The notes: generated by a model not told the origin, from the letters alone. Shown: positions 9,456 to 19,276, counted from the first letter of the stretch. The stretch is DNA of 60,426 nucleotides from Candidatus Limnocylindria bacterium (GCA_038200085.1 JBBPYG010000050.1:1-60426), one strand, 5' to 3'. A program made the numbers and translations.

Positions 9456-10235
9456 CTAGACGCCCCTCCAGCGAGGCTTTCGCTTCTCGAGGAACGCGGT
9501 TACGCCTTCGCGGAAGTCCTCCGAGAGGTAGGCCATCTCCACAAGGTCCTCGCCCGCACCCAGGGCACTGCGGCGGGCGTCCAGCACCCGGCGCACCGCG
9601 AGCTTCGCGGTTCGGAGCGTAAGCGGAGCGTTCGCGGCGATGCGCTCCGCGAGCGCTGCCACATGCGCCTCGATGCCGGCGAGCGGCACGACTTCGTTGA
9701 AGAAGCCCAGCCGCAGGCCAGCCTCGGCGTCGACCAGATCCGCCGTGAACACGAGCTGCTTCGTGACGGCCGGCCCGAGCGCGTCGACCATCCGCGCGAA
9801 GTTGCGCAGCGACAGCGTGTTGCCGACCGTCCGCGCGATCGGCATGCCGACGCGCGCGTTGTCGGCGCCGATCCGCAGGTCGCACGCCAGCGCCAGCGCG
9901 GCACCGCCTCCGGTGACCACGCCACGCACCAGCGCGATCGCTGGTTTCGAGACGCGCTCCAGCGCGCCGATGGCGCGCTCGACGTGCGCCTCGTACGCGA
10001 GCGCGTCCTCGCGGGTGCGGATCTGACCGACGCTCCCGATGTCGCTCCCCGACACGAACGCCTGGTCGCCGCGCCCCTGCACGACGAGCACGCGCACGGC
10101 GCCGTCGCCCTCGATCTCCGCGCAAAGGTCAGCGAGGCGCGCGTACATGTCGGGCGTGAACGAGTTCCGTGCTTCGGGCCGGTCGAATGTCAGCCACGCC
10201 ACGCCGCCGCGGCGCTCGAGGTCGACCGTGCCCAT
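9456..10235 (-). CDS. Enoyl-CoA hydratase/isomerase (crotonase) family protein
   Basis: The C-terminal 260 aa of track ORF 9456..10595, from MGTVDLERRGGVAWLTFDRPEARNSF to GVVTGGGAALALACDLRIG, which are crotonase fold motifs. The ATG at 10235 lies 7 nt after the upstream gene stop. Confidence 0.85.
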   Translation of the reverse strand: MGTVDLERRGGVAWLTFDRPEARNSFTPDMYARLADLCAEIEGDGAVRVLVVQGRGDQAFVSGSDIGSVGQIRTREDALAYEAHVERAIGALERVSKPAIALVRGVVTGGGAALALACDLRIGADNARVGMPIARTVGNTLSLRNFARMVDALGPAVTKQLVFTADLVDAEAGLRLGFFNEVVPLAGIEAHVAALAERIAANAPLTLRTAKLAVRRVLDARRSALGAGEDLVEMAYLSEDFREGVTAFLEKRKPRWRGV

Positions 10236-10242
10236 GTTCACC

Positions 10243-11430
10243 TCACGCCGCCACGCCGTCGCGGAGCATCGCGTCGATCCGGTCAGCTGAAAGTCCCGCC
10301 TCGGCGAGCACCTCGCGCGTGTGTTCGCCGAGCAGCGGCGCCGCGCGGCGCAGCTCCGGTGGCGTGTCGCGCAGGCCGAGCGGCGAGCCGACCGCGCGGA
10401 CCATGCCTGCGGTCGGGTGGGGAAGGTCCACGAAGAAGCCGCGCTCCCGCAGATGGGGGTCGGCGAACACGTCGGCGAATGTGTTGACGCGCCCGCACGG
10501 CACGCCGGCGTCCTCGAGCACGCGCATCCACTCCGCCGTCGTCCGGGCGACCGTGACCTCCTCGATGATCGCAGCGAGCTCGCGGTACCGCGCACGCCGC
10601 TTCGCGACCGTCGCCCACGCCGGGTCGTCCACCAGAGACGCGAGTCCCGCCGTGCCGCAGAAGGCCTCCCACGTCGCGGGAGTGGTCGCGCCGATCGCGA
10701 CGAAACCGTCGCTGGTCCGGAACGCCTGGTACGGCGCCGCGACGCGATGCGCCGACCCGAGCGGTGCCGGCACCTCGCCCGTCTCGAGGTACACGCCCGA
10801 TTCCCAGATCCCGAGCGACACGCCGCTCTCGAGGAGCGAGATGTCGATGAGCTGGCCGCGCCCCGAGCGCTGCCGCGCGATGACGGCGCAGAGCACGGCG
10901 TACGCGCCGTACATGGCGGACGCGAGGTCCACGATGGGAACGCCTACCTTCACCGGCGGCCGCCCCTCCTCGCCTGTCACGCTCATGAGCCCGCTCTCGG
11001 CCTGCACGATGAGGTCGAGCCCGGCGCGATCGCGGTACGGGCCCGTCAGGCCGAATCCCGTGACCGAGAGGTAGATGAGCTCGGGGTGCGTCGCGGCGAG
11101 CGAGGCGTACCCAAGGCCGAGCGAGTCCATCGTACCGGCGCGCAGGTTCTCGACAACGATGTCCGCGCCCGCCGCGAGCGCGCGGAAGGCGTCGGCGCCG
11201 TCGGCGCGCTTCAGGTCGAGCGCGACGCTGCGCTTGTTGCGGTTAAGGCGGAGGAAGCCCGCGCCGTCGCTGCCGCCAGCCGGAAATGGCCCGAGGGCCC
11301 GGCTGTAGTCGCCGGAGCTGGGCAGCTCGACCTTCACCACGTCGGCGCCCATGTCCGCTAGCAGCGTCCCGGCGTACGGCCCGGCCATGAAGTTGCCGAT
11401 CTCGAGCACGCGCAGGCCTTCGAGCGTCAC
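10243..11430 (-). CDS. CoA-transferase family III (CaiB/BaiF-like)
   Basis: N-terminus LEGLRVLEIGNFMAGPYAGTLLADMGADVVKVE is the hallmark of family III CoA-transferases. The protein is 395 aa. Confidence 0.85.
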   Translation of the reverse strand: MTLEGLRVLEIGNFMAGPYAGTLLADMGADVVKVELPSSGDYSRALGPFPAGGSDGAGFLRLNRNKRSVALDLKRADGADAFRALAAGADIVVENLRAGTMDSLGLGYASLAATHPELIYLSVTGFGLTGPYRDRAGLDLIVQAESGLMSVTGEEGRPPVKVGVPIVDLASAMYGAYAVLCAVIARQRSGRGQLIDISLLESGVSLGIWESGVYLETGEVPAPLGSAHRVAAPYQAFRTSDGFVAIGATTPATWEAFCGTAGLASLVDDPAWATVAKRRARYRELAAIIEEVTVARTTAEWMRVLEDAGVPCGRVNTFADVFADPHLRERGFFVDLPHPTAGMVRAVGSPLGLRDTPPELRRAAPLLGEHTREVLAEAGLSADRIDAMLRDGVAA

Positions 11431-11476
11431 CGTGTCACAGGTGCCGCCCGCTTCGACGTCACCTGTCCGTCGAGCG

Positions 11477-12592
11477 TCACGCCGCGGCCCGTTTCGACAT
11501 CACCTGCCCGTAGAACTCGAGCAGCTGGTCCGTCACGTGCTCCCAGTCGTACAGGGGCGCCCGTCTGGCGCCGGCGTCCCCGAGCCGCGCGCGCAGGTCC
11601 GGCTCGGTGATGAGCCGCTCGAGCGCGCGCGCGATGGCGCGGTGATCCTTCGGCTCGACCAAAAGACCGGTGACGTTGCGCTGCACGACGCGCTTGTAGC
11701 CGTGGATGTCGCTCGCGATGACCGGCAGCCCCGCCGCCATCGCCTCCAGCAGCACGATCCCGAACGACTCCTGTCCTGTCGAAGGCGCGCAGAAGACGTC
11801 GGCGGTTCGATAGAACCGCGCCTTGTCGGGATCCGACACGCGGCCGGTGAAGAGCACGTCCGCGAGCCCCTGGTGGCGCACGAAGCGGCGGAGGTCCCCG
11901 AGCTGCGGGCCGCGTCCGCCGATGACGAGTCGCGTCTCGGGGAACGTGTTCTTGAGCGAGGCGTACGCGCGCAGAAGGTAGCCGGCGCCCTTCCGCTGCT
12001 CGAGGCGCCCCATGAACAGGATGTTCGTCTTGCCGTCGCGGTACTCGGGGAAGGGCTTCGCGGCGCTGAAGAACTTCACGTCCACGCCATTCGGGATGAT
12101 GCGGTAGTCGCCCGGGAAGTAGCGCGACACGAAGTGGCGGGCCGCGCTCGACACTGCGATGCGCCCGTCGAGCTTGCGCATGTAGTGCTCGGCGAGAACG
12201 CGCCCCGTCCAGTACGAGAACGAGAACCCGCCGAAGGCGTGGAAGGTCGCGACGCTCGGGCAGCGGGCGCGGTCGAGGATCTGCGCGGACAGAAACGGCA
12301 CGAGCGGCTCGTGATGGTGGATGATGTCGAACCGTTCGCGTTCGAGCATCCGGTTCACGAGCCATTCGAGGCGCAGCGAGAGCGTCACGCGCCCGATGCT
12401 GCCGTTGTACGGGATCGCCACGGCCTGGCCGATCTGGATCACGTCCTGTGCGGGCGGATCGTCACCCCACGGCGCGGTGATGATGCGCACGTCGTGGCCG
12501 CGCTCGCGCAGCCGCTCGTATGTCTCGCGGATGTGTTCGTTGGCGCCGCCGGGCCGCGGATAGGCGTAGGGGGAGACGATCCCGATCTTCAT
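11477..12592 (-). CDS. pimA: GT4 glycosyltransferase, PimA-like (phosphatidylinositol mannosyltransferase candidate)
   Basis: MKIGIVSPYAYPRPGGANEHIRE... and a C-terminal ESFGIVLLEAMAAGLPVIASD (GT4 E-x7-E region). It is the last gene of an operon containing ino1 and a CDP-alcohol phosphatidyltransferase. The ATG at 12592 overlaps the PHP gene stop. Confidence 0.7.
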   Translation of the reverse strand: MKIGIVSPYAYPRPGGANEHIRETYERLRERGHDVRIITAPWGDDPPAQDVIQIGQAVAIPYNGSIGRVTLSLRLEWLVNRMLERERFDIIHHHEPLVPFLSAQILDRARCPSVATFHAFGGFSFSYWTGRVLAEHYMRKLDGRIAVSSAARHFVSRYFPGDYRIIPNGVDVKFFSAAKPFPEYRDGKTNILFMGRLEQRKGAGYLLRAYASLKNTFPETRLVIGGRGPQLGDLRRFVRHQGLADVLFTGRVSDPDKARFYRTADVFCAPSTGQESFGIVLLEAMAAGLPVIASDIHGYKRVVQRNVTGLLVEPKDHRAIARALERLITEPDLRARLGDAGARRAPLYDWEHVTDQLLEFYGQVMSKRAAA

Positions 12593-13371
12593 CGGGTGCG
12601 CCCCGGCCCGACGCGCCTGCGCAGCCGTTTCGCCGGGTCTCGCACCATCGAGCGCCACTGCTGGCGCGCCGCGCCGTTCAGGTGCTCGCCGAGCGTCCAG
12701 GTCCTGCCGCGCGCGACGGTCGTACGCAGCGCGAGCGCCCTGCGCAGATCCTCAGGCGAGCGCCCGGGGTACTCGGTCCACGCGGTGCCCACGAGATTCG
12801 CGTGGTGGGCGTCGCTCGATCCCGTCTCCGCGATGCGCAGCACGTGCGCGTTCAGCCATCGCGCCCGGACGACGCGGACGCGTCCCGCGTAGGAGGGGTT
12901 GCGCAGCTCGATCCCGTCCGCGAGGCGTTCGGCGTCGCCGCTCTCCGCCATGCGCCGCAGCGCCGTTTCGCCGACCGAGAAGGTCAGGTACGACAGCGGA
13001 TGGGGAACGACCGCGATGCCTCCGGCGCGGTGCACCGCGGTTATCGTCTCGGCCAGGGGCCGGAACATGGGGATGTCGCTCTCCACGAACAACGCGAGCA
13101 GGTGCCCGGATCGCGTCGTCACCTCGATCCCCGGCACCACCGCGACGCGGCTGCCCCGCGTCGCGGCCAGGTCGCGAAGCGCGAATGACGCGCGGATGTC
13201 GTCGTGGTCGGTGATCGCGATGACGTCGAGGCGCGCGTGCTCCGCGGCACCGAGGATCTCCGCCGGCGAGGACAGTCCGTCGCCGACGTCCGAGTGCAGC
13301 TGCAGGTCCGCGCGTCCGACCGGTGCCGCGGAGTCTGTCAATCGGTCCACATCCGCTCGAAGACCGCCCAC
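12589..13371 (-). CDS. PHP-domain metal-dependent phosphoesterase
   Basis: Motifs DLQLHSDVGDG, IAITDHD, VPGIEV, VVPHP and GSSDAHH are in PHP order. The first His of the usual HxH is Gln. The start is uncertain (a TTG at 13341 would overlap the upstream stop). Confidence 0.75.
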   Translation of the reverse strand: MGGLRADVDRLTDSAAPVGRADLQLHSDVGDGLSSPAEILGAAEHARLDVIAITDHDDIRASFALRDLAATRGSRVAVVPGIEVTTRSGHLLALFVESDIPMFRPLAETITAVHRAGGIAVVPHPLSYLTFSVGETALRRMAESGDAERLADGIELRNPSYAGRVRVVRARWLNAHVLRIAETGSSDAHHANLVGTAWTEYPGRSPEDLRRALALRTTVARGRTWTLGEHLNGAARQQWRSMVRDPAKRLRRRVGPGRTR

Positions 13372-14156
13372 TGCTCCGGAGCGCGGCGGACGGCGGTCTC
13401 GAGCACCGCCGCCCAGCGGCGCATGTTCTCGCGCAGGTCGGCGGCGCGGTCGCCCGTGGCCGCGAGCTCCATGGCCGGGTGGAACCGCGCGACCATCTTG
13501 CCCCCTTCGCGTCCCGCGAAGGCAGGGACCAGCGCGGCTCCGGTGCGCATCGCGAGCGTGACGTGCACCGATGGCAGGAGAGCGGGGCGGCCGAAGAAGC
13601 CCACGCGCTCGCCCACGCCGGTCACAGCACGGTCCGCGAGGATCGCGAGGACCTCGCCGCGGCGCAGGACGCGGTGGATGCCGAGCGCCGAGTCGGTCGG
13701 GACAAAGCGCAGCCCCATCCGCGTGCGCGCGCGGTTGATGCGTCGCGCCATCCCGCTCGTTTCCCGCTCCACGGGCAGCGTGACCGGATAGCCCTTGGCG
13801 ACCATGATCTGGCCGACCACCGAGACCGGCCCGAGGTGTCCGCTCGAAAGGACGACACCCTTGCCGCGCGCGAAGGCCCGCGCGAACTCTTCCCAGCCCT
13901 CCTCGCCGACCGAAGCGAGCAGCTGGTCGGGCCGCATTCGCGGGATGCGGAAGATCTCGAGGTAGTTGCGGACCTGCTCGACGAAAGTGCGGCGCACGAG
14001 CAGCTCGCGTCCGCTGCGCCCGGGAACGACCATCGCGAGGTTCGCCCGGACCGCGGCGCGCGTACGCGGCGACGCGAGGTACGCCGCGCTGCCGACGACC
14101 TCGCTCAGGACCCCGTCGAGCGCCGCCGGCAGGGTCGGCAGCGCGCGGTCGGCCAT
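13338..14156 (-). CDS. Lysophospholipid/lipid A (HtrB/LpxL-like) acyltransferase, copy 2
   Basis: Track ORF 13338..14261. It has VLSSGHLGPVS (HX4-like acyltransferase block), ILADRA and the C-terminal APEQWAVFERMW typical of the LpxL/PatA family. The start is ATG 14156 or GTG 14189. Confidence 0.7.
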   Translation of the reverse strand: MADRALPTLPAALDGVLSEVVGSAAYLASPRTRAAVRANLAMVVPGRSGRELLVRRTFVEQVRNYLEIFRIPRMRPDQLLASVGEEGWEEFARAFARGKGVVLSSGHLGPVSVVGQIMVAKGYPVTLPVERETSGMARRINRARTRMGLRFVPTDSALGIHRVLRRGEVLAILADRAVTGVGERVGFFGRPALLPSVHVTLAMRTGAALVPAFAGREGGKMVARFHPAMELAATGDRAADLRENMRRWAAVLETAVRRAPEQWAVFERMWTD

Positions 14157-14181
14157 GTCCGGCAGGAGCCTCGCGAGCTCG

Positions 14182-15078
14182 CTACGCACGCGGGGACGGC
14201 CACATCGGGCGGAAGATGTACCACTGGTCGGGCCACCGGCGGACGAATCCCTCGAGCCCACCTACGATCGCCTGGGTCGCGAGCTGGATGTCTTGCGTCG
14301 TCTCGCGCGTGCGTTTGACGAAGATCGGCGGCAGCGCGATGCCGCGGAATGTGTTGTCGCGCTCCCGCACCACCGCGGCGACGATGATCGGGGCTCCGGA
14401 CACGCGGGCGAGACTCGCAGCGACCGTCGGGAACGAGGCCAGCTCCCCGAAGAAGCGCGCGCTCACGTTGTCGAAAGCCTGCGCTCGCGGGCCCAGGTCC
14501 ATCATCACTCCGACCATCTCGTTCCGCCGCAGCGCGCCCAGGATCTTCTTCGCGGCGCCCTCCGGCGAGTGCAGCGTGATGTTCTTGTGCGCCCGGTTCC
14601 CGATGAGATGGTCCATCAGTCGCTCGTTCTCGAGGTCGTCGGCGATCACGTTGAGCGGGATCTCGTCGGCGATGCGGGCGCCCCCGAGCTCGAAGTTCCC
14701 GAAGTGGATCGAGACGAAGATGACGCCGCGGCCGTGGGCCATCGCGCCGCGCAGGTGCTCCCAGCCATCGACCGCGACGAGACGCTTGAAATCGTCGACC
14801 GTCTGCGCGGGGAACCGCATGATCTCGACGAGGTACTTCGCGAAGTTGCGGAACGAGCGCCGCGACACGCGCGCCACCTCGCGGTCGGTCGGCGGAAGGT
14901 CGAGGACCACGGAGAAGTTGCTCTTGGCGATGCGGCGCTTGGAACCCCACCCAAGGTACGCGAGCTCCCCGGCCGCGACGGCCAGCACATAGCCGACGCG
15001 CGACGGCAGGCGCTGAGCGAGCGCGGACGCCACTCGCCAGAACCAGTACCCAGCGCCGTGGACGGTCCGATCGAGCAT
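14182..15078 (-). CDS. Lysophospholipid/lipid A (HtrB/LpxL-like) acyltransferase, copy 1
   Basis: FVSIHFGNFELGG (HX4D-like block) and the C-terminal WPDQWYIFRPMW. It is a paralog of the neighbouring gene. Confidence 0.75.
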   Translation of the reverse strand: MLDRTVHGAGYWFWRVASALAQRLPSRVGYVLAVAAGELAYLGWGSKRRIAKSNFSVVLDLPPTDREVARVSRRSFRNFAKYLVEIMRFPAQTVDDFKRLVAVDGWEHLRGAMAHGRGVIFVSIHFGNFELGGARIADEIPLNVIADDLENERLMDHLIGNRAHKNITLHSPEGAAKKILGALRRNEMVGVMMDLGPRAQAFDNVSARFFGELASFPTVAASLARVSGAPIIVAAVVRERDNTFRGIALPPIFVKRTRETTQDIQLATQAIVGGLEGFVRRWPDQWYIFRPMWPSPRA

Positions 15079-15080
15079 CG

Positions 15081-16367
15081 CTAGCCGCGCGCCGTCAGAG
15101 TGTCTGCGTTGCGGCCGGCGATGAACGCCTCGACAGCCTCGCGCGCCCGGTCGTCGGGCATCTGCCTGGGCGGCGACTTCATGAAGTACGCGGACGGCGC
15201 GACGAGCGTGCCCGCCAGGCCGCGGTCGAGCGCGAGCCTGCAGCAGCGGATGGCGTCGATGACGACTCCGGCGCTGTTCGGCGAGTCCCAGACCTCGAGC
15301 TTCAGCTCGGCGTTCAGCGGGACGTCACCGAACGTCGTGCCTTCCATCCGGATGTACGCCCACTTACGGTCCTTGAGCCAGGGCACGTAGTCCGACGGGC
15401 CGACGTGGACGTCGCCCGGAGGCAGGTCGTGGTCGAGCATGCTCGTCACGGCGTTCGTCTTGCTGATCTTCTTGGACTCCAACCTCTCGCGCTCGAGCAT
15501 GTTGAGGAAGTCGGTGTTGCCGCCGAAGTTCAGCTGGTACGTGCGGTCGAGCCGGACACCGCGATCCATGAAAAGGCGCGTGAGCACCCGGTGGGTGATC
15601 GTGGCGCCGACCTGTGACTTGATATCGTCACCGACGATCGGAAGCTTCTTCGCGGCGAAGCGCTTCTGCCAGTAGGACTCGCGGCCGATGAACACCGGGA
15701 TGCAGTTGATGAAGGCGCAGCCGGCTTCGAGGATCTGCTCCACGTACCACTTCGTCGCCTCCTCGCTGCCGACCGGCAGGTACGACACGACGACGTCCGT
15801 CCGCGTGTCCTTGAGGATCTGCACGATGTCGGCAGTCGGGCCGCCGGCCTTGCGTACGATCGTCGAGAGGTACTTGCCGATGCCGTCGTGCGTCATGCCT
15901 CGGCTCACTGTCACGCCGCTCCTCGGGACATCCGCGAACCGGTACGTGTTGTTCGGCGGCGCGTAGATCGCGTCCGCGAGGTCCTTCCCGACCTTGTTCA
16001 CGTCGACATCGAATGCGGCGACGAACTCGATGTCTCGAACGTGGTAGCCGGCGAGCGAGACGTGCATGAGGCCCGGCACCTTGTCCTCGGGGCTCGCGTC
16101 GCGGTAGTAGTGGACCCCCTGCACGAGCGAGCTCGCGCAGTTCCCGACGCCGATGATCGCGACGCGGATGCGGCGCCGAACGGCAGACGCGGCGGCTCCG
16201 GCCCGGGACGTGGCCGTTCGCGCGCGCTTCCTGGTGCGTGCGTCACGCGGCGCGCTTCCCGCGTCGGCCGGGGCGCGGGTGCGCGTCCCGGCGGGCTGCC
16301 TGGTGGGCGCCCTGTCGCTGGATGCCTTTGGGCGGACCCGGGGGCCAGCGCTGCGCCGTGGACTCAC
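15081..16367 (-). CDS. ino1: myo-Inositol-1-phosphate synthase with a 60-aa Arg/Ala-rich N-terminal extension
   Basis: [22 protein letters not shown], then [14 protein letters not shown] ... [12 protein letters not shown] ... [11 protein letters not shown] found no in-frame ATG, GTG or TTG between the GTG at 16367 and the NAD-binding motif. Confidence 0.85.
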   Translation of the reverse strand: MSPRRSAGPRVRPKASSDRAPTRQPAGTRTRAPADAGSAPRDARTRKRARTATSRAGAAASAVRRRIRVAIIGVGNCASSLVQGVHYYRDASPEDKVPGLMHVSLAGYHVRDIEFVAAFDVDVNKVGKDLADAIYAPPNNTYRFADVPRSGVTVSRGMTHDGIGKYLSTIVRKAGGPTADIVQILKDTRTDVVVSYLPVGSEEATKWYVEQILEAGCAFINCIPVFIGRESYWQKRFAAKKLPIVGDDIKSQVGATITHRVLTRLFMDRGVRLDRTYQLNFGGNTDFLNMLERERLESKKISKTNAVTSMLDHDLPPGDVHVGPSDYVPWLKDRKWAYIRMEGTTFGDVPLNAELKLEVWDSPNSAGVVIDAIRCCRLALDRGLAGTLVAPSAYFMKSPPRQMPDDRAREAVEAFIAGRNADTLTARG

Positions 16368-16419
16368 CTCGCGGCCCCCGCGCCCGCCCGCGCGGGTGTC
16401 GCGGTCGTCGCGGGCGCGC

Positions 16420-17040
16420 TCACCTGACCGCCTCGCTGGCCGCGCGGGCCACGTGGACGACGCGCTGGATCACTGTGACCGTCGCGAGGATCGCCGTACC
16501 GAGGACCGCCGCGACGAACAGCGGCTCGAAACCCGTGAGCCCCCACACGCCCGCGCCCACGAGCAGGATCGTCAGGCGCGCCTCACGCGGCGCGAGCCCG
16601 ACATCGGCGGTGAGGCCGAGCGACTCCGCCTTGGCGCGCGTGTAGCTGACGACGAAGGAGGCCACGAGGGCAAGGAGGGCCGACCAGAAGAGGAGCCGAT
16701 CGGCGTGGGCCGCTCCGATCGATGCGGCCGCTCCAAGCAGGGCGGCGTCGGCGAGGCGATCGACGGTCGAGTCGAGGAACGCGCCGAACCGCGTCCCGCC
16801 CCCGGCGAGCCTCGCGAGTTGCCCATCGAGGGAATCGGCGAGGGTCCCGATCAGGAGCACGATGGCGGCGGCCAGCGGCCGGTCCGCGGCGAGGAGCGCG
16901 CAGCCGACGAAGGTGATGGCGAAGCCGAGCAGCGTGACTGAATTCGGCGTGACGCCCACGGCGTGCAGCCGCCGCGCGAGCGGGGCAATGCCCATGCGGG
17001 TGCCATCGGCGACCTCCTTCGGGAGGACACCGTGGCTCAC
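16420..17040 (-). CDS. CDP-alcohol phosphatidyltransferase (phosphatidylinositol-phosphate synthase-like)
   Basis: Multi-TM protein with [30 protein letters not shown], matching the D-x2-D-G-x2-A-R...G-x3-D-x3-D motif. It sits next to ino1. The GTG start overlaps the arsR stop (GTGA). Confidence 0.8.
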   Translation of the reverse strand: MSHGVLPKEVADGTRMGIAPLARRLHAVGVTPNSVTLLGFAITFVGCALLAADRPLAAAIVLLIGTLADSLDGQLARLAGGGTRFGAFLDSTVDRLADAALLGAAASIGAAHADRLLFWSALLALVASFVVSYTRAKAESLGLTADVGLAPREARLTILLVGAGVWGLTGFEPLFVAAVLGTAILATVTVIQRVVHVARAASEAVR

Positions 17041-17363
17041 CCGCTCGCCTCTGACGGCGCGAGAAGGCCGCGAACGCTATGGTCCTGGAGCGTCGCGAAA
17101 CGCTCGCGGTCGAACGAGCAGCGCACTTCGCGGCCCACACGCTTGGTCCGGACGATCCCCGCGCGGCGCAGCCGGTGGAGGTGCCACGACAACAGCGGCT
17201 GGCTGACCCCGAGCCGGCGTACGAGCTGAGACGCCGAGTGCTCGCCTTCGGTGGCGAGGATCCGCACGATGCGCAGGCGGTTGCTGTCGCCGAGCGCGCG
17301 ATGGAACGTCCTCAGGTCGTGGAGCGACGTCTGGGCCGGCATCTTCCCCCTGGTCGGCGACAT
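17037..17363 (-). CDS. ArsR/SmtB family transcriptional regulator
   Basis: ALGDSNRLRIVRILATEGEHSASQLVRRLGVSQPLLSWHLHRLRRAGIV is a winged-HTH of ArsR type. Confidence 0.8.
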   Translation of the reverse strand: MSPTRGKMPAQTSLHDLRTFHRALGDSNRLRIVRILATEGEHSASQLVRRLGVSQPLLSWHLHRLRRAGIVRTKRVGREVRCSFDRERFATLQDHSVRGLLAPSEASG

Positions 17364-17432
17364 TTCAATGTTTCTTTATGGGTCTGGGTCCGACAGTAGG
17401 GAGGCGGTCGGGCGGCGTCAAGGCCGCGCGAG

Positions 17433-17708
17433 CTACTTGCGGGAGGTCGCGAAGATCTCCGCGAGCTCCTTCACCGTCTTCTCCGAGCGTCCCTCGCGGA
17501 ATGCGTCGGCGACGCAGGTCTCGAGGTGGCTCTCGAGAATCAGGGCGTCGACGCGCTCGAGCGCCTTCTCGACGGCCATCGTCTGCCGCAGGACGTCCAC
17601 GCAGTAAACGTCCTCGTCGACCATGCGCTCGACCGCGCGAAGGTGCCCCGCGATCGACCGCAGGCGCGCGGACACGTCCTTCTTCGTCTCCGGTGTCACT
17701 CCGAGCAT
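17433..17708 (-). CDS. csoR: CsoR/RcnR family metal-sensing transcriptional repressor (DUF156)
   Basis: The 91-aa sequence LRSIAGHLRAVERMVDEDVYCVDVLRQTMAVEKALERV...HLETCV carries the conserved C-H-C ligand pattern. Confidence 0.85.
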   Translation of the reverse strand: MLGVTPETKKDVSARLRSIAGHLRAVERMVDEDVYCVDVLRQTMAVEKALERVDALILESHLETCVADAFREGRSEKTVKELAEIFATSRK

Positions 17709-17751
17709 CCTACCCCCGGGGGAGGGGGGTGCCGGCGGTCATACTCGGAAC

Positions 17752-19182
17752 GTGCCCCGCAACCGCCCCGCGCCACAACGCCCCGCCGGCCGCAAGCTGT
17801 TCGACGCCGCGGCCGACCCGGACAGCGACGCGGTGCGCGCCGGCCGTCCGCTCGCGGCGCGCGTCCGGCCGCGCGACCTCGACGAGTTCGTCGGGCAGGA
17901 GCACCTCGTCGGCCAGGGCCGCGTGCTGCGCAAGGCGATCGACGCGGGGCAGCTCCCCTCGATGATCCTCTGGGGACCCCCTGGCACGGGCAAGACGACG
18001 CTCGCGGGGATCGCGGCGCGGCGCGCCAACGCGCGGTTCGTCGGCCTGTCCGCCGTCTCGAGCGGGGTCGCGGACCTGCGCCGCGCGATCGAGGACGCGC
18101 GTGACCTTCTCGCGACGACCGGGCAGCGGACGGCGCTCTTCATCGACGAGATCCACCGTTTCAACAAGGCGCAGCAGGATGCGGTGCTGCCGTTCGTCGA
18201 GCGGGGCGACATCATCCTCATCGGCGCTACGACCGAGAACCCGTCGTTCGAGGTGATCTCCGCGCTGCTCTCGCGGTCCCGCGTCTACGTGCTCCATCCG
18301 CTGGCCGAGGAGTCCGTCGCGACGATCGTGCGCCGCGCTCTGGCCGACGAGCGCGGCCTCCGCGGGGAGGTCGTTCTCGAGGGCGATGCGCTCACGGCGC
18401 TCGTGGGGGTCAGCAACGGCGACGCGCGCATCGCGCTGAACGCGCTCGAACTCGCAGCCGACGCCGCCACTCCGGGAGAGGACGGACAACGCCACGTCGA
18501 CCTCGCCGCGGTGAAGGAGGCGCTGCAGCGGCGCTCGCTTCTGTACGACCGGCTCGGCGACATGCACTACGACACGATCTCTGCCTTCATCAAGAGCATC
18601 CGCGGCTCCGACCCCGACGCCGGCCTGTACTGGCTCGTGCGCATGATCGACGCGGGCGAGGATCCGATCTTCATCGCGCGCCGCCTGGTCATCCTCGCGT
18701 GCGAGGACGTGGGCCTGGCGGATCCGCAGGCGCTCGTGGTCGCCTCAGCCGCCCAGCAGGCCGTGCACCTCATCGGACTGCCCGAGGGCTACTTCCCGCT
18801 CGCGGAGGCGACCGTGTACCTCTCGCTCGCGCCGAAGTCCGATTCCATCAAACGCGCCCTGGGCGCGCTCGACCACGACCTCGTCGAAACGCGCGCGCAG
18901 CCCGTGCCGCTGCACCTGCGCAACGCCGTCACCGGGCTCATGGCGGGGATGGGCTACGGCCGCGGCTACAAGTACGCCCACGACCGGCCCGATCACTTCG
19001 CCGCGGACGAGACGTTCCTGCCCGAGAATCTGCTCGGCCGCCGGTACTACGAGCCGACCGACCTCGGCGCGGAAGCGCAGCTGAAGGCGCGCGTCGAGAC
19101 GCTGCGCCGTCGCGCCGCTGAGGCGAAGGGCGCGGCGGAAGCGAAGGGCTCGCCGGTGAAGGGCGCCGCCGGCGCCCAGTAG
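17752..19182 (+). CDS. rarA: Replication-associated recombination protein A (AAA+ ATPase)
   Basis: In track ORF 17623..19182. It has MILWGPPGTGKTTLA, LFIDEIHRFNKAQQD and a MgsA C-terminal region (YDTISAFIKSIRGSDPDA, YLSLAPKS, YKYAHD). The start is taken as the GTG at 17752. Confidence 0.85.
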   Translation: MPRNRPAPQRPAGRKLFDAAADPDSDAVRAGRPLAARVRPRDLDEFVGQEHLVGQGRVLRKAIDAGQLPSMILWGPPGTGKTTLAGIAARRANARFVGLSAVSSGVADLRRAIEDARDLLATTGQRTALFIDEIHRFNKAQQDAVLPFVERGDIILIGATTENPSFEVISALLSRSRVYVLHPLAEESVATIVRRALADERGLRGEVVLEGDALTALVGVSNGDARIALNALELAADAATPGEDGQRHVDLAAVKEALQRRSLLYDRLGDMHYDTISAFIKSIRGSDPDAGLYWLVRMIDAGEDPIFIARRLVILACEDVGLADPQALVVASAAQQAVHLIGLPEGYFPLAEATVYLSLAPKSDSIKRALGALDHDLVETRAQPVPLHLRNAVTGLMAGMGYGRGYKYAHDRPDHFAADETFLPENLLGRRYYEPTDLGAEAQLKARVETLRRRAAEAKGAAEAKGSPVKGAAGAQ

Positions 19183-19204
19183 AATCGTCGTCCACGGCAT
19201 CCAC

Positions 19205-19276
19205 GCCCCCGTAGCTCAGTGGATAGAGCGCAGGCCTCCGGAGCCTGAAGCAGGCGTTCGAGTCGCCTCGGGGGTA
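19205..19276 (+). tRNA. tRNA-Arg (anticodon CCG)
   Basis: Hand-folded cloverleaf. Acceptor GCCCCCG/CGGGGGT, D-arm GCTC-AGTGGATA-GAGC, anticodon arm CAGGC-CTCCGGA-GCCTG (CCG), T-arm AGGCG-TTCGAGT-CGCCT, discriminator A. No encoded CCA. Confidence 0.85.
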
